This document shows, piece after piece, positions 1-12,085 of a DNA stretch of 64,000 nt. The DNA is from Tubulanus polymorphus (taxonomy: Eukaryota > Animalia > Nemertea). A program made the translations under genes and the position numbers. How positions within the stretch are numbered: the first letter of the stretch is position 1; every line of letters begins with the position of its first letter. The notes under the pieces were generated by a model that saw nothing but the letters and a program-made list of their open reading frames with translations, searched no databases and was not told where the DNA came from. The stretch is taken from assembly GCF_964204645.1 (NCBI RefSeq), contig NC_134030.1:7358778-7422777 (forward strand), given 5' to 3'.

Positions 1-567
1 TAATATATTCTTAGCTTTGGTGAGCTATTATAGATATTTTTATGCCACTCCGTAAATCGTGCTATGGTGTTTTTCAATGTCAGCTCTTCTAACGGTATCT
101 TTAGTTATGGGAAGATTTTTTTCGCTTTCGATACTGCTGAAACTTTTATCGTCTTTTTGCGTTCTTTTTCGACTGTAACCGTAGTCGCACGAGCCGGGGA
201 GACACGGGCATTCGTTTTAAGTTCATCGGGGAATCAATAACGAATGAGAGTCTGAAAATATCGTATATCAAAGCACAAATTGGTCTCGGCGAACTAATTT
301 TTTGCATGGAATATTTCTCAAAGGATTTCGAAGGTACGTGTTGTCACACGCACCCTCTTTAGATCTTTTCGTTTTCTTTAGACGTTGTTTTGTTCATCTA
401 TTCACTGTATATTCGGATTTGAGAGTGAGCGTTTTTTGTGAATGTTCTGTACTTCCGATGAAAACTGTCGTTAGTAACATCATCCACCAATCGATAAGTT
501 TGATTTTGAAGATGGCAAAGAAAAAGCCTCTTAGATTTAAGTCATTTGAAGGCCGGGCGGACAAAAC

Positions 568-830
568 CAGGGTGGCTACTTACCCGGAGAACAGGGAAAA
601 GTCGGGAAACTTTCATTTCCTTAAAAGAAAAGTCGGGGAATTTTGCAAAACAGTTAAAAATCAGGAAATTAAGTTAAGATGGCTAGATCGTTACGAACAG
701 TTTAACATATTTGACTTTGTTAGTTGATTGGATTCTGAGCAGTTCAAGTCAGGGGAAACAATGAACATGTCAGGGAGAAGTCAGGGAAAAAGCAAGTCAA
801 ACGCAAGTCAAACACATGAGTGGCTTCATC
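568..830. mobile_element. Degenerate hAT-like MITE
   Basis: Starts CAGGGTGGCTAC (hAT-type terminus) and carries repeated subterminal (A)GTC(A/G)GGGAA motifs. The right end (GAGTGGCT) is decayed. The complementary terminus GTGGCCACCCTG occurs in a relative at ~36930-36987. Confidence 0.55.
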
Positions 831-1941
831 AGTAAAAAAAAAATTAACTCCTCACAAGCTTAACTAGGCAGAGTACTATCCTGTCGCTTGCCTATCGTTC
901 ATAGGTTTTTCTCTTCGCTTTTCAAGAATCTTTAAAAAACTCAACTAACGAGAAAGCTGATGCTTTGATCGACGTGATAGGGGTTCGTTTGTGATTCCCC
1001 GTCGCACCTCCGTTTAAATCGTTCGTTTATAATCTTTGACATACTCGGCGTAAGTCTACCGCGCGTTGTTAAGGGGCGGCCGATTCTTTGATCGAGACCG
1101 GTTAATTCTAAAGTTTGACTGCGAGATACAAATCATCAATCTCTCGCTGATGAACTCATTTCTTAAACTGTGATTATATCAACGGTGTTCGAGACAGCCA
1201 TTTACTCTCTCGCGCGCGCACCGCGTACGCCGAATTTGAATTTCAAAATCAAAGTCTCGAGTAGTTGTAGCAATTGACGAGTCTTTTGAATTTGCTTCGT
1301 TGTCAGCGGCGACGATGACTCAAACGTCGACGATTGATGGATAGAACCATCAATGATTTGAATTTAAATAGCAGCCTGTTAGCTTCAAGGATTTAGTCTC
1401 GGTTTGTCTCTGCGACGGTGATGACAGCCTGAAACGATAGATAGACGGACAGACAGTCGTTGCTGCCTTTTTTCGCCGACTGTTCGCGCTATCATCATCA
1501 TCGGTTTCTTTCGCTGAACGAATCATTCATTTTGACAGCGTTCAGCGCGCAGTCACCGCTGTCAGGTTTTTGTGACGGCTCGATCTCGCATTACTGTTCC
1601 TATTTCTTACACAAGTAGTCGACTATGTCGAGCAGATGATCGAAATATCGAAGAGTGTTGAATTATGCAGTAAATAAAACCTTCTTCATCCCACTTGTAG
1701 GTTAGGTTTTTTATTATAAATTCGTTTTTTTTCTTGGCCAGGGCCAACTATTCATTCATACGGATGCCAAATGGTGCCTGACAAAAAATGTAAGATTTTG
1801 ACCTTATTAGACAAATTTGCCTCGGGCCTGATCTGGGCCAAATTGTGTCCGTGTTATCGTGGCTTGTGTACCTATCTGGCTCCAGATTTGAATCTTGTCC
1901 TAATTTATCCTTAAAATCTATTTTAATTGGATTCGTGTTAA

Positions 1942-2225
1942 CCCTTTCAGTGCATCTACACCACTGTGCTGTGTATAAATCGGTGATGTACTACGTATAC
2001 ACCGCATTATGGTGTATTGATGCTATTACTAATTAGTTTTTATATCTATTGAAAGATGGCTGCATTATCATACAAAGTGAAATATCACTAACTAATGATA
2101 CATCGCACTGCAGTGTAGACGCACAATGTGGCATGCCTGTTATACACTGCACTGGGATGGAATTTTTAGAAATTTTCAAATTATCTCCAGCACTTTGAGG
2201 TATTAATAACTCAGAACTGAAAGGG
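1942..2225 (+). mobile_element. piggyBac-like MITE, copy 1
   Basis: TTAA|CCCTTTCAGTGC ... GAACTGAAAGGG|TTTT: inverted termini with a TTAA flank. Aligns along its length to the reverse complement of 54443-54675. Confidence 0.7.
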
Positions 2226-2662
2226 TTTTAGGTCGATATCCAATAGGTAATATGCTGTGTCGTATGGATAAAGCATCTAGTAAATGGGGAGAATCTATTT
2301 CGAGCTCGTTTATCGCTGTTTTCGATTTTAATTGTTTTCGTTTCGGAGAGAACGATGAGTTGATGAGTTCGTTCGTCTCGGTGAAGGTAATGATGTGGCC
2401 GTATTGGAATGTCGGGAGGGAATAGTGATGGATGTAGTCGCGCATGTTTGCGTTGATGATACGGCCGCCGATGCGGCGGTCTTTTTTCACCGAGTATCGA
2501 GTGTATCGGGTTGAACGCTAATTTGATTAGCACTGATAGCTTCACTTCATAAGCCTGATAAAGCTCTCCCCGGAGATCTATTCTTTACGTTTTTCTGTTT
2601 ATACGCTCAATTCTTCCGTCGTTGTTGCTTCCTTGCTATTCGTTTTCTCGATATCAATCATG

Positions 2663-2711
2663 TATATATATATATATATATATACATACATTTTATATAT
2701 ATATATATATT
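2663..2711. repeat. Interrupted (TA)n microsatellite
   Basis: Read directly from the sequence. Confidence 0.9.
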
Positions 2712-4182
2712 GTTTTGACGCCTGAATAGGGGCTTGCTTCGTTAGTAGGCAGGGTATCGGAGTTATGCTAAAGAAGGATAAAATTGTTGACCTGATGGAA
2801 AATCACGATAACACTAAAGACCGTAGAAATTACAGATACATTCCAGAGCGTTCCTTGGGATTTGAGTTTTGCCTTGTAATTATATGCTGTAAAACCGGCC
2901 TGAGTATGGGCAACTTTTCCGAGATTCTTTCGATGAAAAACTTGTAGCTACTTTTACTCGGTCGAATATCGTGCCAATACATCGGGCTCGTTGCTGCTTA
3001 CGCTCTTGGCTCCTCTTTCTGTTGATAAAGATATGAGAAATATAGAGATGAATGTATGCAGCGTTCGTCATCGACTGCTTCAGGCAAGGCGTGCAGTTTT
3101 AAGTGCCGATGATCATAACAGCGAGCAACCAGTTAGCCTTGCCGTTTTACCGTAGGCAATGCACATACTGACGACCAAAACTGACCACTCAGTTGACCAC
3201 GGGCTACAGAAGATGACCATTAGGTTGATTACACGGCCAGATGTTGCGGTCACTAATCTCAGCATTTGACTTGGGGGATGTTCTGACATTTAAATCTGTA
3301 CATACACGGCTGGCACACGCGTAGTGTTGAATGGACCGCTGTCTGACTGGTTGGAAGGCCTCAATATGTCGACGACGGATGAACGGACTGATGTCGGGTA
3401 TAACCGACAACGCTCGCTCGGAAATTGATGAAATCCTCATCGATTTCGTCGGCGGAAAATAGAGCGGAGTGTTGTTCTTGAGAACTGCTGGTGAAAAGAC
3501 GGCCATCATCCGTTCGTTATCGAGCCGAAGTCACGGCTTCAGTCAGCTGTGAAGTGTGTCCAACGTTAGCCATTGATCTCGGTCGTTCGGTAGTTCCCAG
3601 TCGAGATTGTAGATCTGTTGTTAGGAAGGTAGATGAGGAGGATAAGGTTAAGATCGGGTTTAGAGTTATGTATAGGTTTTTGAATAGAACTTCTCGACTT
3701 CTAATTTTCTAATTCGAGCTCATTACCACTTGGGTATAAATCTATGATACCATCAAACTGTAACTAATTTATTTATTGCAGTCGTTTTTGTGACGGAAGG
3801 GCTACATCATCTTTTGACCTGTCCTAAAAATGCCTCCTCGTTACCTGCAAAGTAGAATCTATTATCTGTTTTAATGGCTATGCTTTAAACAAACAGTGCC
3901 CTACTACCTTTTTATTGAAAAATACAAATAATTTTCAGAAAAGTGGTAATTGAGTTTGAAATCGTTTGATTCATGTCGGGCCTATTAACTGGCAGCTATG
4001 CCATTAAACCAACATTGAAGTGACTCTATATTGTGATTGAAATGCTTTTATTCCATTATTTTCAGAGTTTTGTGCTGTTGGATTATTACCCATATCGTCG
4101 TTTCAAATGGTAAGTTATCCTTTTGATTTGGGTTGCATTCGTCGGGCAGCATTGAAATTTGACCTAGAAACGTCAGGTGAAA

Positions 4183-4313
4183 ACTCATCCTCCCTTGGCA
4201 GGGATTCGAACCTGATGGCAACTCAGCCACGGCACGAAACCCTGCTACACTAGACCAGGTACGCAGGGTTGTGGCAAGAAAACTTGTGGCACCAATCACA
4301 TTGCCCATTGTAT
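4183..4313 (-). mobile_element. Dispersed repeat with tRNA-like (Pol III B-box) cassette, SINE-like
   Basis: Reverse complement reads ...GCAATGTGATTGGTGCCACAAGTTTTCTTG...CTAGTGTAGCAGGGTTTCGTGCCGTGGCTGAGTTGCCATCAGGTTCGAATCCCTGCCAAGGGAGGATGAG. Matches copies at 11096-11172 and 15335-15498. Confidence 0.65.
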
Positions 4314-4784
4314 AATCGCGAAGGCAAGCTTTAGATGGAAATAACCTGAGCTTAGATAAAAAGGGCTATCTTATTGGCTCTTGATGACAGCTGCGCATAC
4401 AGGTGCACACATGGTCTAGTGTGGCAGGGTTTCATACTTACATCATCGTCGATGAATTTTTCGATCGGATTTTTCGTGAATGCCGAACAAAAACATGTGT
4501 GAAAAATATCGCGAATGGTAGAAATTAAAGCGATGAATCTGGTGAATAGAATCGCGGGATGCCCGGTGGGAAATTAATGCAGAATTCATGTCCGATGTCA
4601 CCACTCGTATAACCTATCTAGGACAAATCTTGCGCTTATGATATTTGTTCGCCGGGATCCATGTGCGACGGTCGGGTAATCATACCATCGCGAGGATCAC
4701 TCTCCGTGTAAAGCTGCTGTTACTTACACCCTGTCTTCCCCCAGGACAGGAAACCCCCATAAAGATTTACATTTAAGAAAGACG

Positions 4785-5260
4785 AGATTTATGAGGTTCA
4801 AAAAACATTTCGAAAACTAAATTCTTAAAAAAGAATTCCCAAAATCGCGGTTTTTCAACCCCAAAAAAACTCAATTATGCACTCTTTATGAGGCTATAGG
4901 GAAGAATATTGTTCATACTACATAAATAGAAACAAAATCTTTTCAAAAAATTCTTGAGGATTGCCAAAACTCATCATTTTTGCAACCCAAAGTTACTGTT
5001 GCACCATTTATGAGACTGGAGGGAAAGATATGAAGGTTCATAATATATATAAAGACCAAATCTTTAAAGAAGATTCTTGGGGACCCTGAATATCATGCTT
5101 TTGTAACATAAAGAAACTCTCAGGATATAGGGAAGGAGATTGTTTGTAGATGTTAAAAATTGAATCTTTGAATAACATAAAAAAAGTTCTTTTAGAGAGC
5201 CCCAAAGAAGTTAGTAGAACCCAAATGAAGACATACTCTTAATGAGGCTATAGGAAAAAA
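4785..5260. repeat. Degenerate tandem repeat, ~115-120 bp unit, about 4 copies
   Basis: TTATGAGGCTATAGGGAA-like anchor recurs at ~4887, ~5008, ~5120 and ~5240. It is followed by AAATCTTT...ATTCTT(G)(A/G)GGA motifs. Confidence 0.65.
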
Positions 5261-5945
5261 CGAGATCGTTGAAAGACTTGAAATAGGATTTGAATTTTTC
5301 TTTAGATTTCCGAAATTATTTCGAGCTGACATTTCTTATATCTTCTTCCCGCGCCTATTCTTTTAGCTTTAGCTTAGCTTTAGATCTTAAAATCTGAAAT
5401 CGTAACTATCTAATCTATTATTTAGATTTTTCTGATTGTGAACCCGGATTGTTTGTGTGTTATGATCTTTGAAACAAGAAACCCCTGAAGAACATTTTAT
5501 CTATTTACGAAGATCTAAAATAAGCGATGTACGCACTTGCATCAGAGATTTGCATCTTGCTATTTTCAGTCGGTTATTTCTTCGCGAATTCACGATATAT
5601 ACGGCTTCCGCGATGCTATAGATATCAATATTAATGTAATAATCGCGGATAGCCTTGAGGTAGATGTATGAATGAATGAACGGAGCTGGGGTCACAGAGT
5701 TAGTCGTTGTTGTTAGCCGTACTGGAAGTCAATTGAATCACAAACTGAATGGCCACATTGATCCGTACTGGCCGCTAGTGACGCGTTTCCATCTGCGACT
5801 GCAATTACCTGGTCAAATATCTACAATCATCCACTTAGAGAATGTCAGTAGTCAATTGTACTTGTTCCCTAAATTATTGACTTCCAGCCAGAGCGACGTC
5901 GTCAATCTTAGAGGCATTGATTCAACAGCGTTCAGTTGAAACTTA

Positions 5946-6203
5946 AGCCGCGGTCACACAGAGACGATTTGGCCGGGGCCAAATTGACACAGACCAGGCC
6001 CGAGCCAAATTTAAGCACGGGTCAAATCATTGCCTGTGAATTGCAACAGGTTCCAGAAGTGACTCACTTCGCTTTGTTCAATTGTTTTTTAATGAGTGAG
6101 TGGTTTACGTGTGAACGCTCTCTAATTAGGCACGGGCCAAATTAGACTCTGGGGCCTGGTCCATGCCAATTTGGCCTGGGCCAAATGGTTTCCGGGCAAT
6201 CGC
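5946..6203 (+). mobile_element. PIF/Harbinger-like MITE family A (TIR AGCCGCGATCACACG)
   Basis: Left TIR AGCCGCGGTCACACAGAGACGATTTGGCC, internal GGGCCAAATT/AATTTGGCC repeats, decayed right TIR. Homologous to 43870-44087 and 23069-23368. Confidence 0.8.
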
Positions 6204-6667
6204 CAAATAGTGTCTCGCAGCTTTTCTTTTGGTTGGCTTCTGTTATACTTTATCAAAAAGGATCAACAGCTTGAACTCAATATTCTTATGAGGATGTTTC
6301 TGATTTGCATTCATTGTGTGGTTCAGAACACGATGACGACGGCTGACTATTGTTTATGCCCCGGCAGAAACATCAAAGTTACCGATTATTCTTCGGGGCG
6401 GATTTTGGTAAACCGCGCGGTATTAAAGCGATCGCCGAATGATGAGAGCACTCGTATAATCTAATCTCTCGACTCACATTCATATCACATATGATTTCCT
6501 TATCAGGATGATGGATGAATCGATGACATCGTGAACGCTACACGGCCGCCCGATATTACTGCAGAAACCTTCCTGATCGGCGGCGGTGATCGGTGGTGCG
6601 GACGGTGCCACAATTCAGCCGACGGATCTTATCATTCGACGCGCTTGTTGTTGCTATGAGCTACACA

Positions 6668-6888
6668 ACAGAGAATCCCACACTTATATAACGAGAAAGA
6701 TGAAGTCCGAAAAGTTTCCTTCAAGCTGATGATCTATTGATTCAACGTTTTAACTTTAATGTAATAGTCATTTTCATCCTTCCTGAAGATGTAGGTTATA
6801 GTCGAAAGGTTGAATGAATAAGTTCTTAGCATAAAGGAAACTTTTTCATACTTTATCTTTCTCTTTTTATTTGTTTGGAATTCTCTAT
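6668..6888. mobile_element. Fold-back Penelope-like relic with hammerhead-type motif
   Basis: Imperfect inverted arms of ~105 bp centred near 6780. Right arm reads TTC-CTGAAGA-TGTAGGTTATAGTC-GAAA-GG-TT-GAA; the left arm is a more decayed inverse copy. Confidence 0.6.
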
Positions 6889-6930
6889 ATAACGGAGTTA
6901 CCATCTTGGGTAAACCGAGGTTCGAAAAAA

Positions 6931-7205
6931 AGCCAAGCTCAGGTCGATTTACGACCCGATCAGATCGCCGTAAGAACAGCAGTAGTATACGTGTGGCTGC
7001 TGATTACTGACTCATTCGTCTCACGATTTTAAGAACATTCAGGTTCATCGCCTTCAGATCATCACTGAGTCTAAAAGTCATGTGACACAATAATCGTTGA
7101 TGATTGGCTACGACTTCGAGATCGGTTCCGGAAAATAGTATTTGAAAGTAGAATCTTTACTTGACTGCTTACGATGCGCCGATCTGATTTTTCCTGAGCT
7201 TAGCT
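6931..7205. mobile_element. MITE (Harbinger-like termini AGCCAAGCTCAGG / CCTGAGCTTAGCT)
   Basis: 13-bp inverted termini with one mismatch. Internal GTCATGTGA...TGATTGGCTACGAC is shared with a relative at ~16388-16602. Confidence 0.65.
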
Positions 7206-8203
7206 TAAAGCAACTAAGAAGTGACTTGGATCAAACGATCAAACCCAATCAATTATACAGTTATGCATTAGTTAAGTCCCCTCTATTTTCCAGTTTTGTT
7301 TTGATACACTTTTACTAGTTAGACCGTTCTAAATGACCATATTTGGAACGGGCCAAATCAGAGTGTGCGTTCACTGCCACCATGAGTACTTAACCCCGAA
7401 ATTTCTATCTAAATTATAGATTTACGAGTCCCAGGCTGTTATAGTCGCAAATTATAGATTAGCAGACACCTGGATAACTGGATAGGTACAGGTAAATGGT
7501 GTGCTTACTGCCTGCCAGTAACTTGATGCTCGAGATACTAGAACTATCAAATCAGCATACGAAGGATGAAGGACGACGAGCATTTTCATGAAAAGATCAG
7601 ATTAACAACTTCACCGCAGAATTTTCTGCCTCTTGTGTGTTAAAAGTTAATAACCTAATGCTAATTAGATACATGTAAAGTAACGCCATATGCACGTGTC
7701 GTTCTCTGCGGAGTTAGTTGTTCGATGTTTTATATTAAATGAAAACGTTGGTTTTGTCTCTATCACCTCTGCTGTAACAGTGTGCATCGAAGCAATTCGA
7801 TTGAAGTAACTCTTCATAGAACAGCGTTTTATGCTGTGCTTGCAGTAATGAAGTATTTCCAGTGAAAAAGGTGTTTCGTTTCGGGAAAAGGGAACTTGAT
7901 ATTCCCCTGGCAGGTATTCGAACCTGATCACATTGAGACAGATGAAACCTTGCCCCAGTAAATTGGGTCACGCGAATTTACCTGCAGTGTTTTTTTTAAT
8001 CATAAATAGCATCATTAACAGGAGTACAGTTCTGCAGTATACGTATATACATATGCTTAAGTCTTTTGAAAAGACATTATTAGCAGTATAATAAACATTT
8101 AAATTATTACCAAAGTATAACAATTATTACCAAAGTATAACTAACAAATGTTACAACATATCTCGTTATCAAAAATGTGCCCCATTTTTCAAATTTCCTT
8201 GAT

Positions 8204-8217
8204 GCGCCCCCTGGTGG
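8204..8217 (-). promoter_or_regulatory. CTCF-type motif CCACCAGGGGGCGC
   Basis: Exact match to the bilaterian CTCF core consensus on the minus strand. Binding is not demonstrated. Confidence 0.5.
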
Positions 8218-9746
8218 TGCCATGTGGTTCGAATCAGTACTGATGAAGGAAGGTGTGTTGAAATCGATAACAGAAAAATACCGTTTTTGACGGCGTATCT
8301 GTTTTTCAATCCCTCTTGAGATGGGTTCATAAAAAACCTGTGATTTCCCGTCGCTTATAAAAACTTGTCTTTTTCATCATCCCGCTGTAGATGTAGCCCT
8401 AGTGAGTTGCTTTGTAATCTGATCCTGCTGTCAGGACTATTCATTTCTAATGTTTGTACTGCACCCAGTGCAAACCCGCTTGATTTTGGTAAGCTCCCGT
8501 TTCAAACGAAATTGATATGAATATCATTAATATTTTTTATCCTTCAACTTTGATAACTACATTCTTACAAATTCATCCAGTCATTGTTGTACAGGTGATC
8601 TCTCTATCTGGTGGTTCATCATTGTCATCGGTATCAAAACACTCGCTTTGTAAAAAAAAAAGGGGGCTACTTCGACATTCCTAGCTCATTATTCGGTAAA
8701 ACATAGGTCTTAAATCTGAAGTACATAGACTAGTAAATGAACAGTGGTACTTCATGAAGTTTTCGGAAGAAGTTAACAAAGACAGCAAGATAAAAACTGT
8801 TAGCACCTTCATGCTTGACATTTTTCTCGGGTGCAGAAACAATAACATTTCATCATTTTCGCCAGATTGTCAATGTTTGATACATAGAATGACAGGTTGT
8901 GTCTTTGAAACCCAGTGAATTTATGCTATTTGTTTGGAATTCAAAGCCTGGTTGCGCATCTAGCACTGCCGAACATAAAAGATTCATCGTTGGTACTGTG
9001 TCACAGCCTTGTTTACACCGTTGCCAGTTTGTCTGCTAGTTAGTCATTTCTAGTTTGGCACATACCTGGAACTATTAAGAACCGGCAGAGAGATGGAATC
9101 TTCTAAAATTTCTAAAACTGAATCGGTCTTTTAGGTTGGTCTAACATTGGGCGGCTCTAAAATGGACTTAACAAATTTAGAACGGATGGTCAACCAATTT
9201 AGAACAAGACTTTTCAATAATATACTAATCAGCTACTAGCTTCTGTTAGGTAACATCATCAAACTGTGCGCACATATCCCTCCTCCGGTGATAGAAACTC
9301 CCTTTCATGCTTGATATATGTGAAGTGGGTACAGTTTTCATCATTTTTCCCGCAGTCAAAAAAACTTGTCATTTGTCTTTGCGCATTGTGTGCACATTGT
9401 TGTTGTCGGTTAACGTTGAAAAGTAGTAGAGATGAAAGCGAGTTGATATTGAATTACGCGCGTGGGTCTATCGACTTTTCAGCGTTTAGTTCAACTGATC
9501 TATGCTCTTGATTACCGCCAAACAATACGCGTTAACCGTCAATGCCTGATATGGATTATCGTTTAACGCTGACGGCTAAACGCCACGCGCGCTGTTATTA
9601 TTTACAATTTTTACCCGGCTATCAAACTGAAAAGATACTGTTTCATCTCCTTGTATAGTCTCTATGTGCAATAGTATTACAATCAGCTTTTATCGACAAA
9701 AGTTTTGTAATGGCAGTTCTAACTAAGATGCGAGATGATGGATTTA

Positions 9747-10020
9747 GGCCGCGATCACTCGGAGATGATTTGGCCCGGTCGAACTGGCCCGGATGACGCC
9801 CGAGTAGGCCCGAGTCAAATTTGGCCTGTGTCTAATTACAGAGCGCGTTCCCAATAAATACTAAACAGTGCTTGAACAAAAAGATGAGATTCACTTCCTG
9901 AACATGTTGCATTTCATCCGCAATAATTTGACCCGTGCTAAAAGTTGGCTCGGGTCAGGCCAAATTTAGCCCGTGCCTGTTTGGCACCCATGTGAACAGT
10001 TTTTGTGGGCCAGAATTTGG
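9747..10020 (-). mobile_element. Harbinger-like MITE family A
   Basis: Begins GGCCGCGATCACTCGGAGATGATTTGGCC. Internal core (CACTTCCTGAAC, TTTGACCCGTGCT) is the reverse complement of the 5946 copy. Confidence 0.75.
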
Positions 10021-10702
10021 ATATGTATATAGTTCGACGCTTGTTGATTTTCATCGACAATAATTTTCCTCTTCAGTCAATTGCCACTCTGCTGCTTGAA
10101 TACGTTAAAAACGACGTCCGTTATTCCCGCTAAAAACCGAGTGACATTCATTACCTGTTTAGTTTTATCGGAATCAATGGCTGAATGCATCGATCGACCT
10201 GCGTCGTTCTGACGGCCGATCCTTTCTGAATTTTTCCTTTCCTCCTCTCTCTCCTCTCCTCTCTCTCGGGGCTAACATTTCCTCTTCGGCTACGGCGGCG
10301 ACGATGATGTTTGCGTAGTTGACTGTGTTTTTTTGAAAAATTTAATGCGCTCCCGGAGTTGCTATTAGAAGCGCAGGTATATCGGTCGATGTTTAATTGG
10401 ACATTCGTCGAGCGCTTTTATTATCACATTAGATTGATTGATATTTCGCCGTGCTGCACGTCCTATAATGCTGGTACACGCGTTGTGTAATCCTGTTGTT
10501 AACCAGTGTTTGTAAATCAACTGTTTTTTCGACGCTGAAATTGTTCAGTCGGTAGACAGTGAAAAGTAAAGATGATTGGCAGAGATTTATTGTCAGGTGA
10601 AACTGCTCATAGGCAATTAGTTTCAGCTTTGATGATTTAGTTTGCCTTTTAGAAATTTTTAAGCAATGATAAGCAACCAATTAATGATGTTGACTTCGGA
10701 TT

Positions 10703-11007
10703 AAGGCCTGTGCTGAGCTTTTTTGAGGGGCAGTTATATTTTAAGAAAAAGGGCACATTTTCATCTAAAAAATGGGACATTTTCCTATTGAAAAAGGGCA
10801 GATCTTATATATCAAGTGCTGGGACACCTGAATAAATCATTTCAGAATGGATTACTTTTCATTTTCTAACAAAAAAAACAACATTGTATCCAAATTTCTA
10901 AAAAAATCTTGACCCAAACTTCTTTACACTGACTTTTTGGAGGGTACTTTGAAAATTTTAGGGGGTTCGTTCGCTACCCTCGACTCCCCCCCCTCGGCAC
11001 AGTTTTG
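10703..11007 (+). mobile_element. hAT-like MITE family B, copy 1
   Basis: Termini AGGCCTGTGCTGAG / CTCGGCACAG and AAAAGGGCAC subterminal repeats. Shares the core CCTGAATAAATCATTT..AATGGATTACTTTTCATTT with 60739-60998. Confidence 0.75.
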
Positions 11008-11095
11008 TGATTAGGTGAATAGAAACACGGGAAGCCGCTAATGATTTTATTAAGCAATTCTCAATGCGTTTGATAATTAGAATTAAGCAGCACAA

Positions 11096-11172
11096 TCTAG
11101 TGTGGCAGGGTTTCGTACCGCGGCGATCTCTCGACACCGTCCGGTTCGAATCCCTGCCAAGCGAGGATGAGC
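11096..11172 (+). mobile_element. tRNA-like dispersed repeat (SINE-like), partial copy
   Basis: CTAGTGTGGCAGGGTTTCGTACCG...GGTTCGAATCCCTGCCAAGCGAGGATGAG, containing a perfect B box GGTTCGAATCC. Confidence 0.65.
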
Positions 11173-11667
11173 TTATCGAGGTATAAACACATTATTGTAA
11201 CGGTTTTTACGACGAGGAAAAATCTCGGATGCTCAGCGGGTTTGAATTGTAAGCTCTATCGTGAATTATGAAGTACAACTAATTGAATGAAGTTCATCGA
11301 TAAGCGGGTTTGTTGATGGAATTCCCCTGGTGTCTGATCGAATGTATTCCTCGCTCCTTATCGTCGGCAATAAATGAATGTTGAAGCCGCGGGGCTTCGT
11401 TACTTATTAGCGCCGGACAAACATTCGCGACATCGGCCAATAACCCGGTGATTAACCGACGGACTCGTGTTGTCAACTTTTCGCTCGAACGCACCTGCTG
11501 TGATGACAAACGGATGAACTTTCCGTGCCGGTGACTCGCGCCTGCAGAAAACAGACGAACTGCATTGAAGTGAAATTACTAGATAGCTACATATCATCAT
11601 TTTAGGTTTTCATCTGGAGAGATACGTAAAAAGCACTTGCCCCTTTCTATACCCCTAATTAAGCTCC

Positions 11668-11786
11668 GGCCCAGTTGCTCAGTTGTGACTGAGGTCCAAA
11701 AGTGGTCGTAAATCTTGAGATTGGTGTTCAGTTGTTAGATTGGCTATAGAACCAAGTTGGTCGAAGACTGGTCATAACACTAAGTA
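11668..11786 (-). mobile_element. Harbinger-like MITE family C, truncated
   Basis: Reverse complement matches the interior of 16031-16171 (GCCAATCTAAC..ACCA.TCT..AAGATTTA.GACCACTTT). Confidence 0.6.
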
Positions 11787-11789
11787 ATG

Positions 11790-11860
11790 ATTATTATTAT
11801 TAATAATCATCAATAGCTTTAGGGGCCCTAAAGCTATTGATGGTTATTAATAATAATAAT
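11790..11860. repeat. Near-perfect 71-bp palindrome
   Basis: 35-bp arms ATTATTATTATTAATAATCATCAATAGCTTTAGGG / CCCTAAAGCTATTGATGGTTATTAATAATAATAAT around a single G, with one mismatch. Confidence 0.9.
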
Positions 11861-11861
11861 G

Positions 11862-12085
11862 ATAATGATGATGATGATGATAATAATGATAAATTTTGTT
11901 TTTGTATAGCGCTTTCCTAAATAAGACTTTCTGCGCTTTAATATTATTAATCATCATGGATTAAGAACATCTGAATGAAAACAAATTAAGCATTACAGAA
12001 CATAAAAGTTTTGAGGCGAGATTTAGAAATGAAAAACAGTTCGACTATATCGAACATTCTTTGGAAGAGAGTTCCAAAAAGTCAT
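11862..12085 (-). mobile_element. 3' stub of an L2/Crack-clade LINE
   Basis: Minus strand encodes the frameshifted remnant WNSLPKNVR...SKSRLKTFMF, resembling the WNSLP...FKxxLKT C-terminus of CR1/L2 ORF2. It is followed by AAGCGC...AAGCGCTATACAAA and an (ATT/ATC)n tail typical of L2-type 3' ends. Confidence 0.75.

Noticed and set aside
8240-8270. Hammerhead motif CTGATGA...GAAATCGATA
   Set aside because: Stem II and stem I do not pair convincingly.
11103-11160. Functional tRNA gene
   Set aside because: A B box is present but there is no D/anticodon arm arrangement or terminator, and it is one of several diverged repeat copies.
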